Below, one piece after another: positions 27,868 to 39,000 of a stretch of DNA of 64,000 bases; the first letter of the stretch is position 1; every line of letters begins with the position of its first letter. The notes beneath the pieces are model-generated. The model saw only the letters and a list, made by a program, of their open reading frames with translations, searched no databases and was not told where the DNA came from. This DNA is from a virus. Position numbers and translations under genes: made by a program. The stretch lies in IMG/VR virus record IMGVR_UViG_3300044712_001906, positions 13,883 to 77,882 of that record. One strand, 5' to 3'.

Positions 27868-28622
27868 AGGATGCAGACCTCCATGCCGGTGTACTTGGCG
27901 CGGAGGGCGACGAGGACGTCCTCGAGGTGCTTGGCCTCCTGGATCATGCGGGCGCCGAAGCCCGCGTTGGTGCTGGAGTTGGCCGTCGTGATGTTCGTGC
28001 TCAGGCCGTCCATGCTGACGGAGTAGGCCTGCAGTCCGGAGCCGGCCACGAGGTCGCCGGCGGTGTTCAGCACGAGGATGGAGGCCTTGATGCCGATGGC
28101 CCGCAGGATGAGCTCGTCGCGCTGCGCTGGGTCGTCCCAGTCGATGCCGGCGCGGTACTCGAACCCGACGAACTGCGGCGCGTAGCTCCGGCTCGTGAGG
28201 AAGGGTCCTGGACCGTAGGAGCTGAACCCGACGGCGGCCCCGGAGAACGACTGCTGTCCGGGGATGATCTGGAGCTGGCCCGCGATCGGGAACTGGACGT
28301 GGATCCAGCTGAGCGGCAGCTCCTGAGGCGCGGTGTCGCCGATCTGCAGGTACGCCCGGGTAACCTCGCGGACGGGCCGGTTGCGGAGCCTCGTGAGGTG
28401 GTAGGAGAGCTCGTCGCCGGCGAGGAGGTCGACGCGTTCGGTGAAGGCGTGGACGTCGTCGAGCACGATGCCGAGCCGGCTACCAACCTCGCTGATGGCC
28501 GACTCGATGCAGTGCGTGTAGTGGACGTCCGGATACTCCGTGCCGTCGTCGAGCGTCAGGTCGATGCCGACGAGGTGGGTGGCCTTCAGCCAGTCTGGCG
28601 TGACGATGTCGCGCAGGGCCAT
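27864..28622 (-). CDS. Head-tail adaptor protein
   Basis: LVGIDL..DDG...EYRAG...GDLVAGSGL...SVSMDGLS...FGARM, typical of phage K-like adaptors. Confidence 0.78.
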   Translation of the reverse strand: MALRDIVTPDWLKATHLVGIDLTLDDGTEYPDVHYTHCIESAISEVGSRLGIVLDDVHAFTERVDLLAGDELSYHLTRLRNRPVREVTRAYLQIGDTAPQELPLSWIHVQFPIAGQLQIIPGQQSFSGAAVGFSSYGPGPFLTSRSYAPQFVGFEYRAGIDWDDPAQRDELILRAIGIKASILVLNTAGDLVAGSGLQAYSVSMDGLSTNITTANSSTNAGFGARMIQEAKHLEDVLVALRAKYTGMEVCIL

Positions 28623-28647
28623 CGGGCCACCCCCTCCACGGTCAGAC

Positions 28648-29556
28648 CTAGGCGGGCATCACTTCGGCGGTGAAGTCGGTCAGGGTCAGGGTGTTGCCGG
28701 CGTTGTTGCTCGAGGCGAGCGCCGTCACGACGACGTCCACCGTGCCGGTGGTGTCGATGGCCCCGGCGACGTTGAAGGTCGAGATGGGCGTGGCGCCATC
28801 GGGCACGGTGAGCCCGTAGCTGTTGAACTTGCCCCCGGCGCCGACGTCGGTGATCTGGGCGTCCGCCTCGAAGTAGATGGCCTCGCCCACGCCGGCGTTC
28901 GCCAGGGCGCCCGAGTCGACGATCACCTCGCCCAGGAGGCCGCCGACGCGCACGCGGACGCGCCAGGTGTCGACTGCGTTGAAGCCGAGCGCGCCCACGT
29001 AGCCCTTGACCCGCACCTTCCGGCGGGCGGTGCCGACGGAGGCCGCCGTCAGCGTGAGCGTGGCGAGCACCTTCTCGGCGTCGAACCCGTCGTCGCCAGC
29101 GGCGTCCGCGTCCTCGGCCATCGCCAGCTTGAGGAGCGGCGTGTTGGTCGCGTAGACGGTGGAGTCCTTGCACTGCACGCCGTCTGCCGTCACGCCGGCG
29201 CCCGGCGTCTTCTCGATGAGCGTGTCGGTCTTGACCGTCGAGTCCTTGAGGAGCACGCCGTCGACGGTGACGCCCGCGGCGGGGGTGTGCTCGCCGATGG
29301 TGTCGGCCTTGACCGTCCCGGCGGAGTCGATGTTGCCGACGTCGTCGACGTTCTGCCCGTTCAGGTCGAGGGCCTCGTCGAGGGCCGCGAACACGGCCAG
29401 GATGGAGGCCTTCGTGACGCCGGCGACGAGGGTGTCCATCTCCGCGCGGAGCTGCCGGACGCGCTCGAAGATGCGGAAGCGGCCGAAGAGGCCGTTGCTC
29501 CGGTCGAGCTCTTCCACCTGGTCGACGGTGAGGTTGGTTCCGGTGGGATCGGCCAT
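28648..29556 (-). CDS. Putative head decoration/fibre protein with 26-aa tandem repeat
   Basis: TVKADTIGEHTPAAGVTVDGVLLKDS / TVKTDTLIEKTPGAGVTADGVQCKDS; lies after the capsid genes. Confidence 0.7.
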   Translation of the reverse strand: MADPTGTNLTVDQVEELDRSNGLFGRFRIFERVRQLRAEMDTLVAGVTKASILAVFAALDEALDLNGQNVDDVGNIDSAGTVKADTIGEHTPAAGVTVDGVLLKDSTVKTDTLIEKTPGAGVTADGVQCKDSTVYATNTPLLKLAMAEDADAAGDDGFDAEKVLATLTLTAASVGTARRKVRVKGYVGALGFNAVDTWRVRVRVGGLLGEVIVDSGALANAGVGEAIYFEADAQITDVGAGGKFNSYGLTVPDGATPISTFNVAGAIDTTGTVDVVVTALASSNNAGNTLTLTDFTAEVMPA

Positions 29557-29571
29557 GTTCGTCGTCTCCTG

Positions 29572-29874
29572 CTACTGACGCCGCTTGCCGCGGCCTTGCT
29601 TGTGCGTGTTCGGGCTGAGGTGTGCGGAAGCGGAAAGGGGTGCCGCCACGGCCGCCGCCGGGGTGGGGGCGGAGGCGTTGCCGACGGCGGCATCCCGCTC
29701 GGTGTGGCTCGGCGCAGAGTCGACGAGCCGATAGTTGCGGTGCTCGGCGAGCTTCGCCCGCGTCGCCGCGTCGGGCTGCGGATCCAGGGTGCCGTCCGCA
29801 CCGACGGAGTAGAGGAGCGAGCCGATCGTGATCGACCCGCTCCTCATCCTCACGTGCTGGACCAGCGTGGCCAC
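29572..29874 (-). CDS. Small hypothetical protein downstream of the MCP
   Basis: GTG at 29874 after GAGGAG; equivalent small genes follow the MCP in this virion type. Confidence 0.55.
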   Translation of the reverse strand: MATLVQHVRMRSGSITIGSLLYSVGADGTLDPQPDAATRAKLAEHRNYRLVDSAPSHTERDAAVGNASAPTPAAAVAAPLSASAHLSPNTHKQGRGKRRQ

Positions 29875-29885
29875 CCGGTCACTCC

Positions 29886-31370
29886 TCAGAGGGTGAGCGA
29901 GACGTTCGTCCAGACCTTGTGCTTGCGCGGCGCGCGGACGTGCGGCGCCTTGAAGAGCATGGTCATGAACGGCTTGCTCGTGGCGACCTCCGCCAGCGGG
30001 CGGCGGATGACCGGGAGCAGGTTCGCGACGTAGAGCGAGTCGGGGTTCGTCTCGAGCGCGTAGACGTCGCTCGTGCCCGGGATGGACCGGTTCTCGTCGT
30101 AGAAGCCCGTCGAGTCGCCGCCCGTGCCGAGGAGGTTGCGCGCGAAGCGGCCGATGTACTTGCACGTGCTCGCGTCGCCGTCCTTGGCCGACCGGTAGAC
30201 CTCGTAGAAGCGGACCGAGTAGTCGCCCGAGGTCGGCGCGTCCGAGTCCTCGATGTCGATGAACACGCGGTCGCCGCTGGCCACCGTGACCGGACCCTTC
30301 GTGATGGGCGCCGCGCTGCCCTTGTCGCCCACGGCCACGATCTTGTAGTAGTAGTCGCCCAGGTCGGCGGCCTTGAAGTTCGTGTCCCCGCCCGCGTTCG
30401 GGCTGGTCAGCGTGATGTCCCCGCCGGCGACCACGGTCGGCGCCTTGCCGGAGGCGGTGGCCTTCGGGGTCTGCGCGTGGCGGATCATGGGGGTGGGCAT
30501 GAGCGGGATGGCCTCGCCCGTCGGACCGACGATGGAGAGCCGCCCGGCGTTGAAGGTCAGCATCGTGCCCGGGCCGAGGTCCATGGTCTGGAGCCGCGCC
30601 GAGGACTGCGAGAAGAGGCCGAGCAGGTTGCCGATGAGGGTCGTCGGCATGAGGATGGTGTCGACGTGCCCGTAGTACGGGTCGTCGGCGAGCTCGAAGA
30701 TGCCCGAGACGAAGTCCGCGAGCTGGAGCTTGCCGCCGTCGGCGTCCACGACGTTGCCGCCCGCCACGATCTGCTTGCGGATGCCGTCGAACTCGAGGGG
30801 GCTCATGGCGGTGTCGCCGTCGAAGAGCGACCGCTCGTACTTGCGCGAGAGGGACTGGACTGCCGCGCTCGTCTGGAAGTCGAGACCCGACTTGCTCACC
30901 TGCCCGCGGCCGAGGATGTCGGTGACCGCCGCGACGTCGGTGATGGACCGCTGGACGCCCAGGTACTTGATGCGGGCGATCTTGCGGTTGATCTCCGACT
31001 CCTCCTGCTCGGTCGTGCCGCCCTCGGCGAACGCCGCCGGGATGCCGTCGTCGCCGAACTGGGTCACGGTCGCGACCTCGTAGAGGGGCGAGCCGACGGC
31101 CTTCTCCTTCAGGAGCTTCTGCAGGACGAGGTCCTTGTCCTGGAAGGTCTCCGAGGTCCACTGCGTGTCGATCGCCTGCGTGACGAGCGGGGTGAAGGCG
31201 TCCGTGAACTCCTGACCCTGCAGGATGTTCGACACGTCGGCCTTGTAGAGCGGCTCGAGCTGCGGCAGCGCCTTCAGGAGCTGCTGCTGCGTCGGAGACG
31301 CCTTCGCCATGGCGACCGCGGCGCGGATCGCCTGGAACTCCTCGAAGCTGATGGTTCCGTGCCCTTCCAT
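29886..31370 (-). CDS. Major capsid protein (Herelleviridae-type)
   Basis: LFDGD...LEFDGI, NVVDADG, ILMP, YRS, DENRSIPGTSDV, LLPVIRRPLA, RAPRK match the recalled phage K/A511 Cps pattern; N-terminal propeptide with KA sites. Confidence 0.93.
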   Translation of the reverse strand: MEGHGTISFEEFQAIRAAVAMAKASPTQQQLLKALPQLEPLYKADVSNILQGQEFTDAFTPLVTQAIDTQWTSETFQDKDLVLQKLLKEKAVGSPLYEVATVTQFGDDGIPAAFAEGGTTEQEESEINRKIARIKYLGVQRSITDVAAVTDILGRGQVSKSGLDFQTSAAVQSLSRKYERSLFDGDTAMSPLEFDGIRKQIVAGGNVVDADGGKLQLADFVSGIFELADDPYYGHVDTILMPTTLIGNLLGLFSQSSARLQTMDLGPGTMLTFNAGRLSIVGPTGEAIPLMPTPMIRHAQTPKATASGKAPTVVAGGDITLTSPNAGGDTNFKAADLGDYYYKIVAVGDKGSAAPITKGPVTVASGDRVFIDIEDSDAPTSGDYSVRFYEVYRSAKDGDASTCKYIGRFARNLLGTGGDSTGFYDENRSIPGTSDVYALETNPDSLYVANLLPVIRRPLAEVATSKPFMTMLFKAPHVRAPRKHKVWTNVSLTL

Positions 31371-31394
31371 GTTCCTGCGCTCCTTCTGCTCGGC

Positions 31395-32135
31395 CTAGAG
31401 GCCGTACTTGGTGATGACGGCCGCCGGGTCCGAGCCCGGGCGATCGATGTCTCGCGCTGCCTTCTTGAGCTCCTCACGGCGCTCGCTGGTCGTGTCGCTC
31501 GCCTTGATGAGCGCCACGATCTTGCTGGCCACCTTGTCGCGGTCCTCGTTGGTCGGGACCGTCTGGGCGGACGGAGCGGCCGGCGTCCCCTTCGCGATCT
31601 GCTCGCCCGGTGGCGGCTGGATGACGACGTCGGCGACGTTCACGACGGCCTTGCCCGGGCGGGGCTCGGCCACGGCCTTCTCGAGCTCCCCGACCTTCGC
31701 GTGCAGCGAAGTGACGGTCTGGATGCTCGTCGCGACGGCCTTCACGAGCTCGCGGTGCGTGGCGCCGACGATCTCGAGGGCCTTGAAGAGCCCGGCGGCG
31801 CGGAGCATGGACGCGCCCTTGGCGGCCTGCTCCTCTTCGTCCTCGTCGCCGTCGTCGTCGGACGTGGCCTTGCCGTCCTCGTCGACCTTGCCGCCGCACT
31901 TGCCGCAGCACTTCTCCTCGGCCTTGGCGAGGCGCGCGGCCTCGTTGGTCGAGTCGAGGGCCTTGGCGACCTCCTCGAGGTGCCGGTCGAGCGCGGCCGG
32001 GTCGAGGTCGTTGAGCGGGTCGGTCTCCGCCTTGCACAGCCCGGCGGTGATCTGGGTCTGGACGATGGAGTCGATGAGGTCGGCTGCGAGGCCGCCCTTG
32101 GCCAGCGACTCGCGAAGCTCCTTCTCGGTCGGCAT
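31395..32135 (-). CDS. Capsid scaffold protein
   Basis: Between protease and MCP; helical with an acidic stretch; about ten hydrophobic-x-K-[A/G] sites. Confidence 0.8.
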   Translation of the reverse strand: MPTEKELRESLAKGGLAADLIDSIVQTQITAGLCKAETDPLNDLDPAALDRHLEEVAKALDSTNEAARLAKAEEKCCGKCGGKVDEDGKATSDDDGDEDEEEQAAKGASMLRAAGLFKALEIVGATHRELVKAVATSIQTVTSLHAKVGELEKAVAEPRPGKAVVNVADVVIQPPPGEQIAKGTPAAPSAQTVPTNEDRDKVASKIVALIKASDTTSERREELKKAARDIDRPGSDPAAVITKYGL

Positions 32136-32962
32136 CAGCGGTACTCCTGCGCGTCGCGCAGCAACTGGATTGCCGCCTCGCGGTTGAATTCCTCCGGGAG
32201 CCGGCGGACCACGCGGGCGATGAGCACGTCGACCGGTTCGAGCCCCTTGCAGAGGCGCGCCCAGTCGATGCCTGCCCTGGCGGCCGCGGCCTTCGCGATC
32301 GCGTCAGCGGCAGGCGACTCCTCGCGGAGCTGCGGCAGCGGACAGCCCGCCTTGGCCCACTCCTCGAGGCTCTGGTGACCCGTGCGCGCGAGGTGGGCCG
32401 TCATGCCGGCGGCCATCACGTCGAGCCACGAGTCGAAGTTGCGCGGCGCGGGGTCCACGGCGACCGTCAGGACACGCGCCTTCGTGATGCGCTTGCGGTC
32501 CGATGGGTCGCGCTCGAGGATCTCGCCCTCGACGGAGAAGCCCAGGCGCGTCCTCGCGCCCGACTTCGCCATGCCCTTGGCCGTCTCCCAGGCCTTACGC
32601 CCGAGCGGGTTCCAGAGGAACAGCTGCCCGCGCATCTTCATCGCGGCGACGCCGTCGTCGGTCAGAGTCGGGCTGATGTCGAGGGGCTCGCCGCAGATGT
32701 TGTCGTTGCGGGCGGGGTGGCCGTAGGAGATCTTCCCGAACGACTTGAAGAACGACCAGTCGATCCCGGACTGCACGACGACCTCGTCGTCGGCGTCGCG
32801 GCGCTCCGAGGTGATGATCCCCGACACGCGGCCGTGGTCCTCGTCACCGAGCGGCGACTGTGTGCCAGCCTTCTCGATGGGATCGCCGGCCTTCTCGAAC
32901 GGCTCCGCGTCGAACGGGAGCCACGAGTAGAAGCGATCGGGCTGGGTGCGGAGGGTCGCCAT
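32135..32962 (-). CDS. Prohead maturation protease
   Basis: GIITSERRDADDEVVVQSGIDW...YGH, LGFSVEG (Ser nucleophile region), VAVDPAPRN. Confidence 0.9.
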   Translation of the reverse strand: MATLRTQPDRFYSWLPFDAEPFEKAGDPIEKAGTQSPLGDEDHGRVSGIITSERRDADDEVVVQSGIDWSFFKSFGKISYGHPARNDNICGEPLDISPTLTDDGVAAMKMRGQLFLWNPLGRKAWETAKGMAKSGARTRLGFSVEGEILERDPSDRKRITKARVLTVAVDPAPRNFDSWLDVMAAGMTAHLARTGHQSLEEWAKAGCPLPQLREESPAADAIAKAAAARAGIDWARLCKGLEPVDVLIARVVRRLPEEFNREAAIQLLRDAQEYR

Positions 32963-32992
32963 GCCCCCCGATTCAGGGGGCACGTTTCAGGG

Positions 32993-33001
32993 GGCGTTAA
33001 G
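32993..33001 (-). promoter_or_regulatory. Putative late promoter -35 element, copy 2 (CTTAACGCC)
   Basis: 30 nt upstream of the protease ATG; -10 element less conserved than in the other copies. Confidence 0.5.
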
Positions 33002-33022
33002 TCGACCCATCACCACCCGACG

Positions 33023-36000
33023 TCACGGGTACCAGTAGTCGTACTTCGCGCCGTTCTTCTTCCGCATGCCGCCCTTCGTGCCGCCCGGGATGGCCTGCCA
33101 GCCGGCGCCAGTCGGACGCTCGCCTCCGTGCGTCGTTGATGCGGCATCGGTCGCCTTCGCGTGCTCCGCCTCGAAGGCCTTGACCTGTTCGTGGATGCCC
33201 TGCGCGCGGGCGATCTCCTGAGCCGCGATCTTGGGCTTGATGCCCCACGACTCGAGGTGCTCCGCCGTGATGCTCCCGTCGGCGACGCCCCTGACGAACT
33301 CGAGGTACGCGGCGCGGCGCGCTTCCTTCGTCGCCGTCTTGTCGCCCAGGGTCGCCCGCAGCCTGTCGAACGTCGCCCGGCTCGTCTTCGCCGCGTCCGC
33401 CCGGCGACGGAGGAGGCCCATGCCGACCTCGCCAGCCTTGCGATCTGGAGCGGACACGGTCTCAGGCTTCGCGCGATCTTCCTCGGGAGCGGCTTCCTCG
33501 TTCGGCGTCGGGGCGTCTGGCTCCGCCGCTGGGGCCTTCTCGTCGCGCTCCTCCGGGGCCTTCGTCGGCTGCTCGCTCTTGGGCTCGGACTTCTCGGGCT
33601 CGGGCTCGGGTTCGGACTTCGGTGGCTCTGCCGACTTGGGCGTCCGCTTCTTCTTCGCCCTGGCCGGCTTGGTCTTCTCGGGCTCGGGCTTGCCCTTGCC
33701 CTTGGGCGCCTTCGCGCCGTCAGGGTTGGGGGCGGCACCCGCCTTGCCCTTGCGCGGCTTCCTGGGTGTCCTCTCCGGCGCTCCCTTCGGGGCGGGCTCG
33801 GGCGCCTTCGATCCCCCGGAGGTCTCATCGATGGCGGGGTGCGGGGCGGGCGCCGGACGTGGCTTGCCCTTCGGCTTGGGCGCCACCGCGGCCGGCGAGA
33901 CCGGAGCGATCGGGTCGGCGCTGGGCGACACGAACGACGCGTCCGGCTTCTGGTAGCGCGCCTGATGCTCCGCGAGCGCGTCGACGAAGCCCTGATGCGA
34001 CTCCGCGACCTCGCGCTTGACGTCCCCCACGCGACGCTTCTCTCCCCCGAGCTCGATCTCCGCGTCGTCGGGGAGCTTGGCGAGCTTCTCGTGGGTGCGC
34101 GCGGTCGCGTCGACGTAGGTGGCGAGGGCCTCGTGCCGCTGGTAGTGCTTGGGGTCGTTGTAGCCCGAGGCCTCGGACGCAGCCCTGAGGTCGGCCGCGC
34201 GCTTGCGTGCCTTCTTCGACGCCGCCTTGATGAGGTCCGCGGCCCCGGCGCTCGCGCCAGCGAATAGGCCCGTCTGGCGCTTCCCGGCGTCTTTCTCGGA
34301 CCCGAGCATGTCTGCGAGGACGTCGGCTGTGCTCTTCGCTGGCCCCATGAGCGTCGACTGTCCGGCCGGGTTGCGCTGGGCGTGCTGGGCGATCTTGCGG
34401 AAGGCGTCGCTCATCTGGACGTGCCCAGTGCGTGTCGTGATGAGGTTCAGGACGTGCTTGCCCTCGGGCGAGAGCTTGGGCTTTGACCCGAAGCCGCCCG
34501 AGTCGCCTCCGAGGAGGTCGCCGAAGCCCTGATCGCGATCGAACTCGCTCACGCTCTTGATGTTGTGCTTGCGCATGTAGGCATGCGCCTGCACCGCCTC
34601 GACGAGCGGCGCCGAGAGGTCGTGCCCGGCCGAGCCCGACCGGACGATGTGCGGGACCGAGCGCGCGATCGCCTGGATCTGGCTCTGCGGCATGTCGCTC
34701 AGCGTGTCCGCGTGCGGGACGACCTTGCCGACGAGGAGGCGCTCGACGAAGGTCTTGCCGTCCTCGTTCAGCGCCCCGTCCTTGCCGAGGTACTGCGAGC
34801 GGTTGCGCCGATCGATGATGCCCGCGCGCTGCATCGCGTCGACGAAAGGCCGCGCGTCGGCCGACGACAGGTACGCGTTGAGCGTCGCGTGCTTGTCCTC
34901 GCCGTTGTCGGCCTTGGCCTCCATGCCCGTGGCGAGGGTCTGGAGCATCGCCGGGGTCACGAGGCGCGCCCGGGCGACCTGGTCCGTCCGCGGGTCCATC
35001 GACTGCGTGAAGGCCTCGTTGTAGCGGCGGACGAGCACGCCGAGGTTCTGCTTGCCCTGGTCCTCGACGTCGACCTGTCGCACCAGGACCGGCTGCTTGA
35101 ACTGCGACACGTCCTCGGGCGCGAGACCCCACTGGTGGGCGTTGTCCTTCAGGTGCTTGACGTAGGCCGCCCTCGCGTCGCCTCCCTTCTCGTGCGCGAG
35201 CTGGATCGACATCGTGCGCGAGTTGCCGCCGAGCACGATGCCCTTGTCGGTCACGAGCGGAGGCCCGTTGACGGCGTCGGGGTTGGTGTTCGCCACGAGG
35301 TCGGGCTTGAGCTTCTGCGCGTTCCTGAGCACCTTCTCCTGCTCTGCCTTGTCGCGATGGTAGACGCGCTCCTGAACTCCCTCCGGGTACTCCTCGCGCT
35401 GCTTGAAGCCCTTGGTGGGATCGTGCGACGCGATGAGGTCGGACGCCTCCATGAGCTTGTACCGCGCCGCCTGAGGGGTCGGAGAGCCGTCGGCGTCGGC
35501 GACGTAGACGGTCGTGCTCGAACCCGTCCCGGGCGCGGTCTCATCGCCGGCGTGCTTGGTGAGCGCGTGCCACTTCCCTTGCAGCTCGCGGTAGCGCTCG
35601 AGCTCGTCGAGCTTGCCGAGGTCCGGGTAGGCCTCAGCGGCGGCCTGGAGGCGCGCGAGCGCTGGCGACTCGACGGACTGCTTGGCGTAGGCGAGGAGCT
35701 GCTTGACGGCGCTCTCGTTGCCCTTGACCGCTTCGACGGCGCCGAGGAGCCCTTCGAGCTTCCCGAGGTCTGCGGCTGCGGCTGGGCGAAGCTCGTCGAT
35801 CGCCCGTCGCGACGACGCGGCCTCGACGACGTGGGCGGGTTCGACCTGCTTGGCGCCCGAGGTGCGCCGCAGGTTCTCCGCGCCGCGGGCGATCTGCCGC
35901 CCGGCTCCCGTGACCTCGCGCCCGGTCGCCTTGTGCGTGGCCAGCGCGAGGAGGACACCCTTCGCGTCGCCGGACCATCCGGGGCGCTGCGCGAGGAAGT

Positions 36001-39000
36001 CGACGAGGGCCTTGGCGTGCTTGAGGTCCACGCCCGCGGCCTGGAAGCGATCGCCGTAGGCCTTCCACATGGCGTCGGCGGTGTCGTGGGCGCCATCGGG
36101 GAGTTTGCCGACGGACGCGAGGAGCTGGCGCGCGATGGTCTCGGCGCCGCGCTCCATCCGCGCGCGGTAGACCGCGTGGAGCTCGTCATGGAGCGCCGAC
36201 AGGGGCAGCGTGCGCTCCTTGCCGGTCTTGGGGTCGCGGAGCGTCACCGAGCCGTCCTCGCCGACCTTCACGACGTCGGCGACGCCGTGACGGCGGAGGT
36301 TGATGCGCTCGCCCTCGCGCGCTTCGTGGGCGGTGGCCGCGTCGTGGTAGTAGTAGCGCCAGCCTCCCCCGGGCTTGGGCACGCGGCGGATGTACTTGTG
36401 GGAGCCGGCCTTCCAGAGCGCCTTTCCGATCTGGGCCGGGAGCTCGTGGCCGTGGGCGATGGCGGCGGAGACGGCCTTGATCAGCGAGGCATGGCGGGTG
36501 CTCGTGTCCGATGTAGCGAAGGCTTTGGCGAGGTGCCCGCCGTTCTTGAGGACGTCCATGAGCTTGCCCATGGCCGCAACGATGCGCGTGCGCTCGTCGC
36601 CGCTCGGGTAGGGCTGCGCCTCGGCCACGGCGCCGTCGGACCGCATGACGGTGACGCCGGTCCCGAAGACCTTGTCGGTGCCCGCGACCAGGTAGCCGTT
36701 CTCGCGCCCTCCCGCCTTGAGCGTGTCGTGGACGTAGGTCTCGAAGGCGCGCGCGAACAGCTCATGTGGCGACGCCCAATAGCCCTCGCCGAGCCGGACC
36801 GCCGATTTCACGAAGTCGGTCGCGGTGGCGGGCGTGTCGCGCCAAATCTTCTCCAGGCTCTTCGCGCGGTTGATGCTCAGGCGCAGGCTCTCGACGTCGC
36901 GCTCCAGCTTCGCCATGCGGGCGGCGTCCTCTGGCGTTCGGACCCGCTTGCTCTTGACCGCCTCCTCCTCGCGCTGGATCCAGTAGCTCCGCGCCTGCGC
37001 GGCCATGAGGAAGTCCTGCACCCGCTTCGGCGCCAGGCCCGGCTCGGCCGCCATGCCCTGATACTTGTCGCGCTCGGCGGCCCACTTCGTCGTGTTGAGC
37101 GCGAGGATCTCGTGGGCGCGCTTGAGCGCCGCCTCGTCGGCGACGGTCGAGCCCTTGATCTTCTCGTGCTCGCTCACGAGGTCGTTGGACTGCTGGATGA
37201 GGGCGTTGGTGTTGTCGGCCAGCGTGCGCGCGTGCTTCCGATGCGACTCTCTGGCCGCGTCGGGGTTGGGGTGCGCGGTGATCGCGTGCATCGCGGCGGA
37301 GACGGCTGCGTTGACGTCCGGCGGCAGGTTCGATCGCCCGCTGGCGTGCGACAGGAACGTGCCCTGCAGCGAGGTCGCGCTCCCGAGGTAGTGCTCCGCG
37401 ATCACGTTGTCGAGCGCGTGGCCCCACTCGTGAGCTACGGACCCGCCGCCGTTCAAGCGGGTGATGTTGATCTGCTTGCGCGACGGGGCGTAATGCGCCG
37501 CGGCCGCGCCTCGCCCGTCGGCGCCCAGCGCGATTCCGAGGCGCCCCTTGAACGAGACGACCGACGGGTCGATGCCCGTCACGTCGACGAAGTCGTGCAT
37601 GGCCGCTTCGAGCGCCCTGGTGTGATAGGCGCGGTCGGCCTGCGTCATGTAGCCGTCCTTCCCGTAGTCGACCTCGCGCAGCCCGAAGGCCTCGCGCATC
37701 CGCTCGGGGGAGACCCCCTCGGGCATGGGGCGCCCGCCGACGCGCTTGAACTCGCCGTCGCTGCGCTTGGCGCCGCGCCACGAGAGGGCCTCTTGTGCCG
37801 ACTGGCGCCCGGAGACCTTCGGCGCCTTCTCGCCTGCCTCCTTCGGCTTCTGGCTGTCCTCCATCCACGCCCAGCCCCTCGCCTGCGCGGCCTGCGCTTC
37901 GGCGGGCGGGAGCGGGGCGCCGCGAACGAGCCCGTCCAGCTCCTTCGCCTTCTCGGTCGTGGCGTACAGGTGGCGCCCCTTGTCGAGTAGGCGTGTGAAG
38001 TTGGCCCCCAGGGCGTCGTAGGGCCGCGGGACCTTGTGAACGATGGTGAAGGCGTAGACGTGGTGGTCGTAGACGAGGCGGTACTCCTCGCCCTTGTTCG
38101 CTGCCGCCAGCGCCCGCGCCTTGTCGGACGCCTCGCGGCTCGACGCGTACTCGCCAGTCCCCGGTACGCGGGCGTACTTGCTCGCGCTCTCGCGCCGGTG
38201 CTTCATCTCCAAGAGCAGACGGCCAATGTCCCCGAGGTCGCGGACGTTCTTGAGCGCGCCGTGAAGCTGCCGTAGGTCTTCGGCATAGGCCATTTGCTCG
38301 GCCTTGTTCGCGCCCGGCTTCTCGCGCACGGCCGAGAGGATGGCGATCGCGCAGTAGGCCGTGCCAGGCGTCATCCCGGCCGCCTTCGCGTGCGCCAGAT
38401 CGATCGGCTCGACGAGGCGGCTCTTGCGGACGATGTGCGCCGCGTCGTCGTATCCGAGGCGGCTGATGTCATCCAGGCTGACGGTCGCCAGCGCCGCGAG
38501 ATCCTTGCGCGAGCCCCAGACGTGATCGCCCGTGGCTTCGATCTTGCCGTCGAGGCCCTTGACCCCCTCTGGCTTCTGCCGCGGCTTGCGGGGCATTTTC
38601 TCCACCGGAGGGGTAGGCGCCGGAGCCGGAGCGGGGTCGGGAGCCGGAGCAGGCGCCGGTGGCGGGGGCGCCGGGGCGGGCTTGGCCTCGGGGGCGTCGT
38701 CGCCCTCGGGGGCATCGTCGAGCTTCCGGAGGTGGCCTTCCATCCACTCGGCCGCGGAGAGCCACGCGTCGGCGTGGTAGGTGTTGCCGGGGAGGCGCCG
38801 TTCGATCTCGGTGAACAGGTCCTTCCGGGCGCGGATCTCGGCGATGGCGGCCTGCAGCTTGCCGCGCTCCGCCGCCGCCATGGGCGCCACGGTGTCGCGG
38901 GTCAAGGCGAGGAGGTGCTCCAGGCCTTCGACCTTCTGCCGCCAGATTTCCGTCGGCGTGTGCGGGTGCTCGGCGCCGTAGTAGCCGGCGAGGTCGTCGG

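Noticed and set aside
33440-33900. Pro/Lys/Glu low-complexity repeats (PEPEPEK, KPKGKP) in the polyvalent protein
   Set aside because: Most simply a disordered linker; no independent element.
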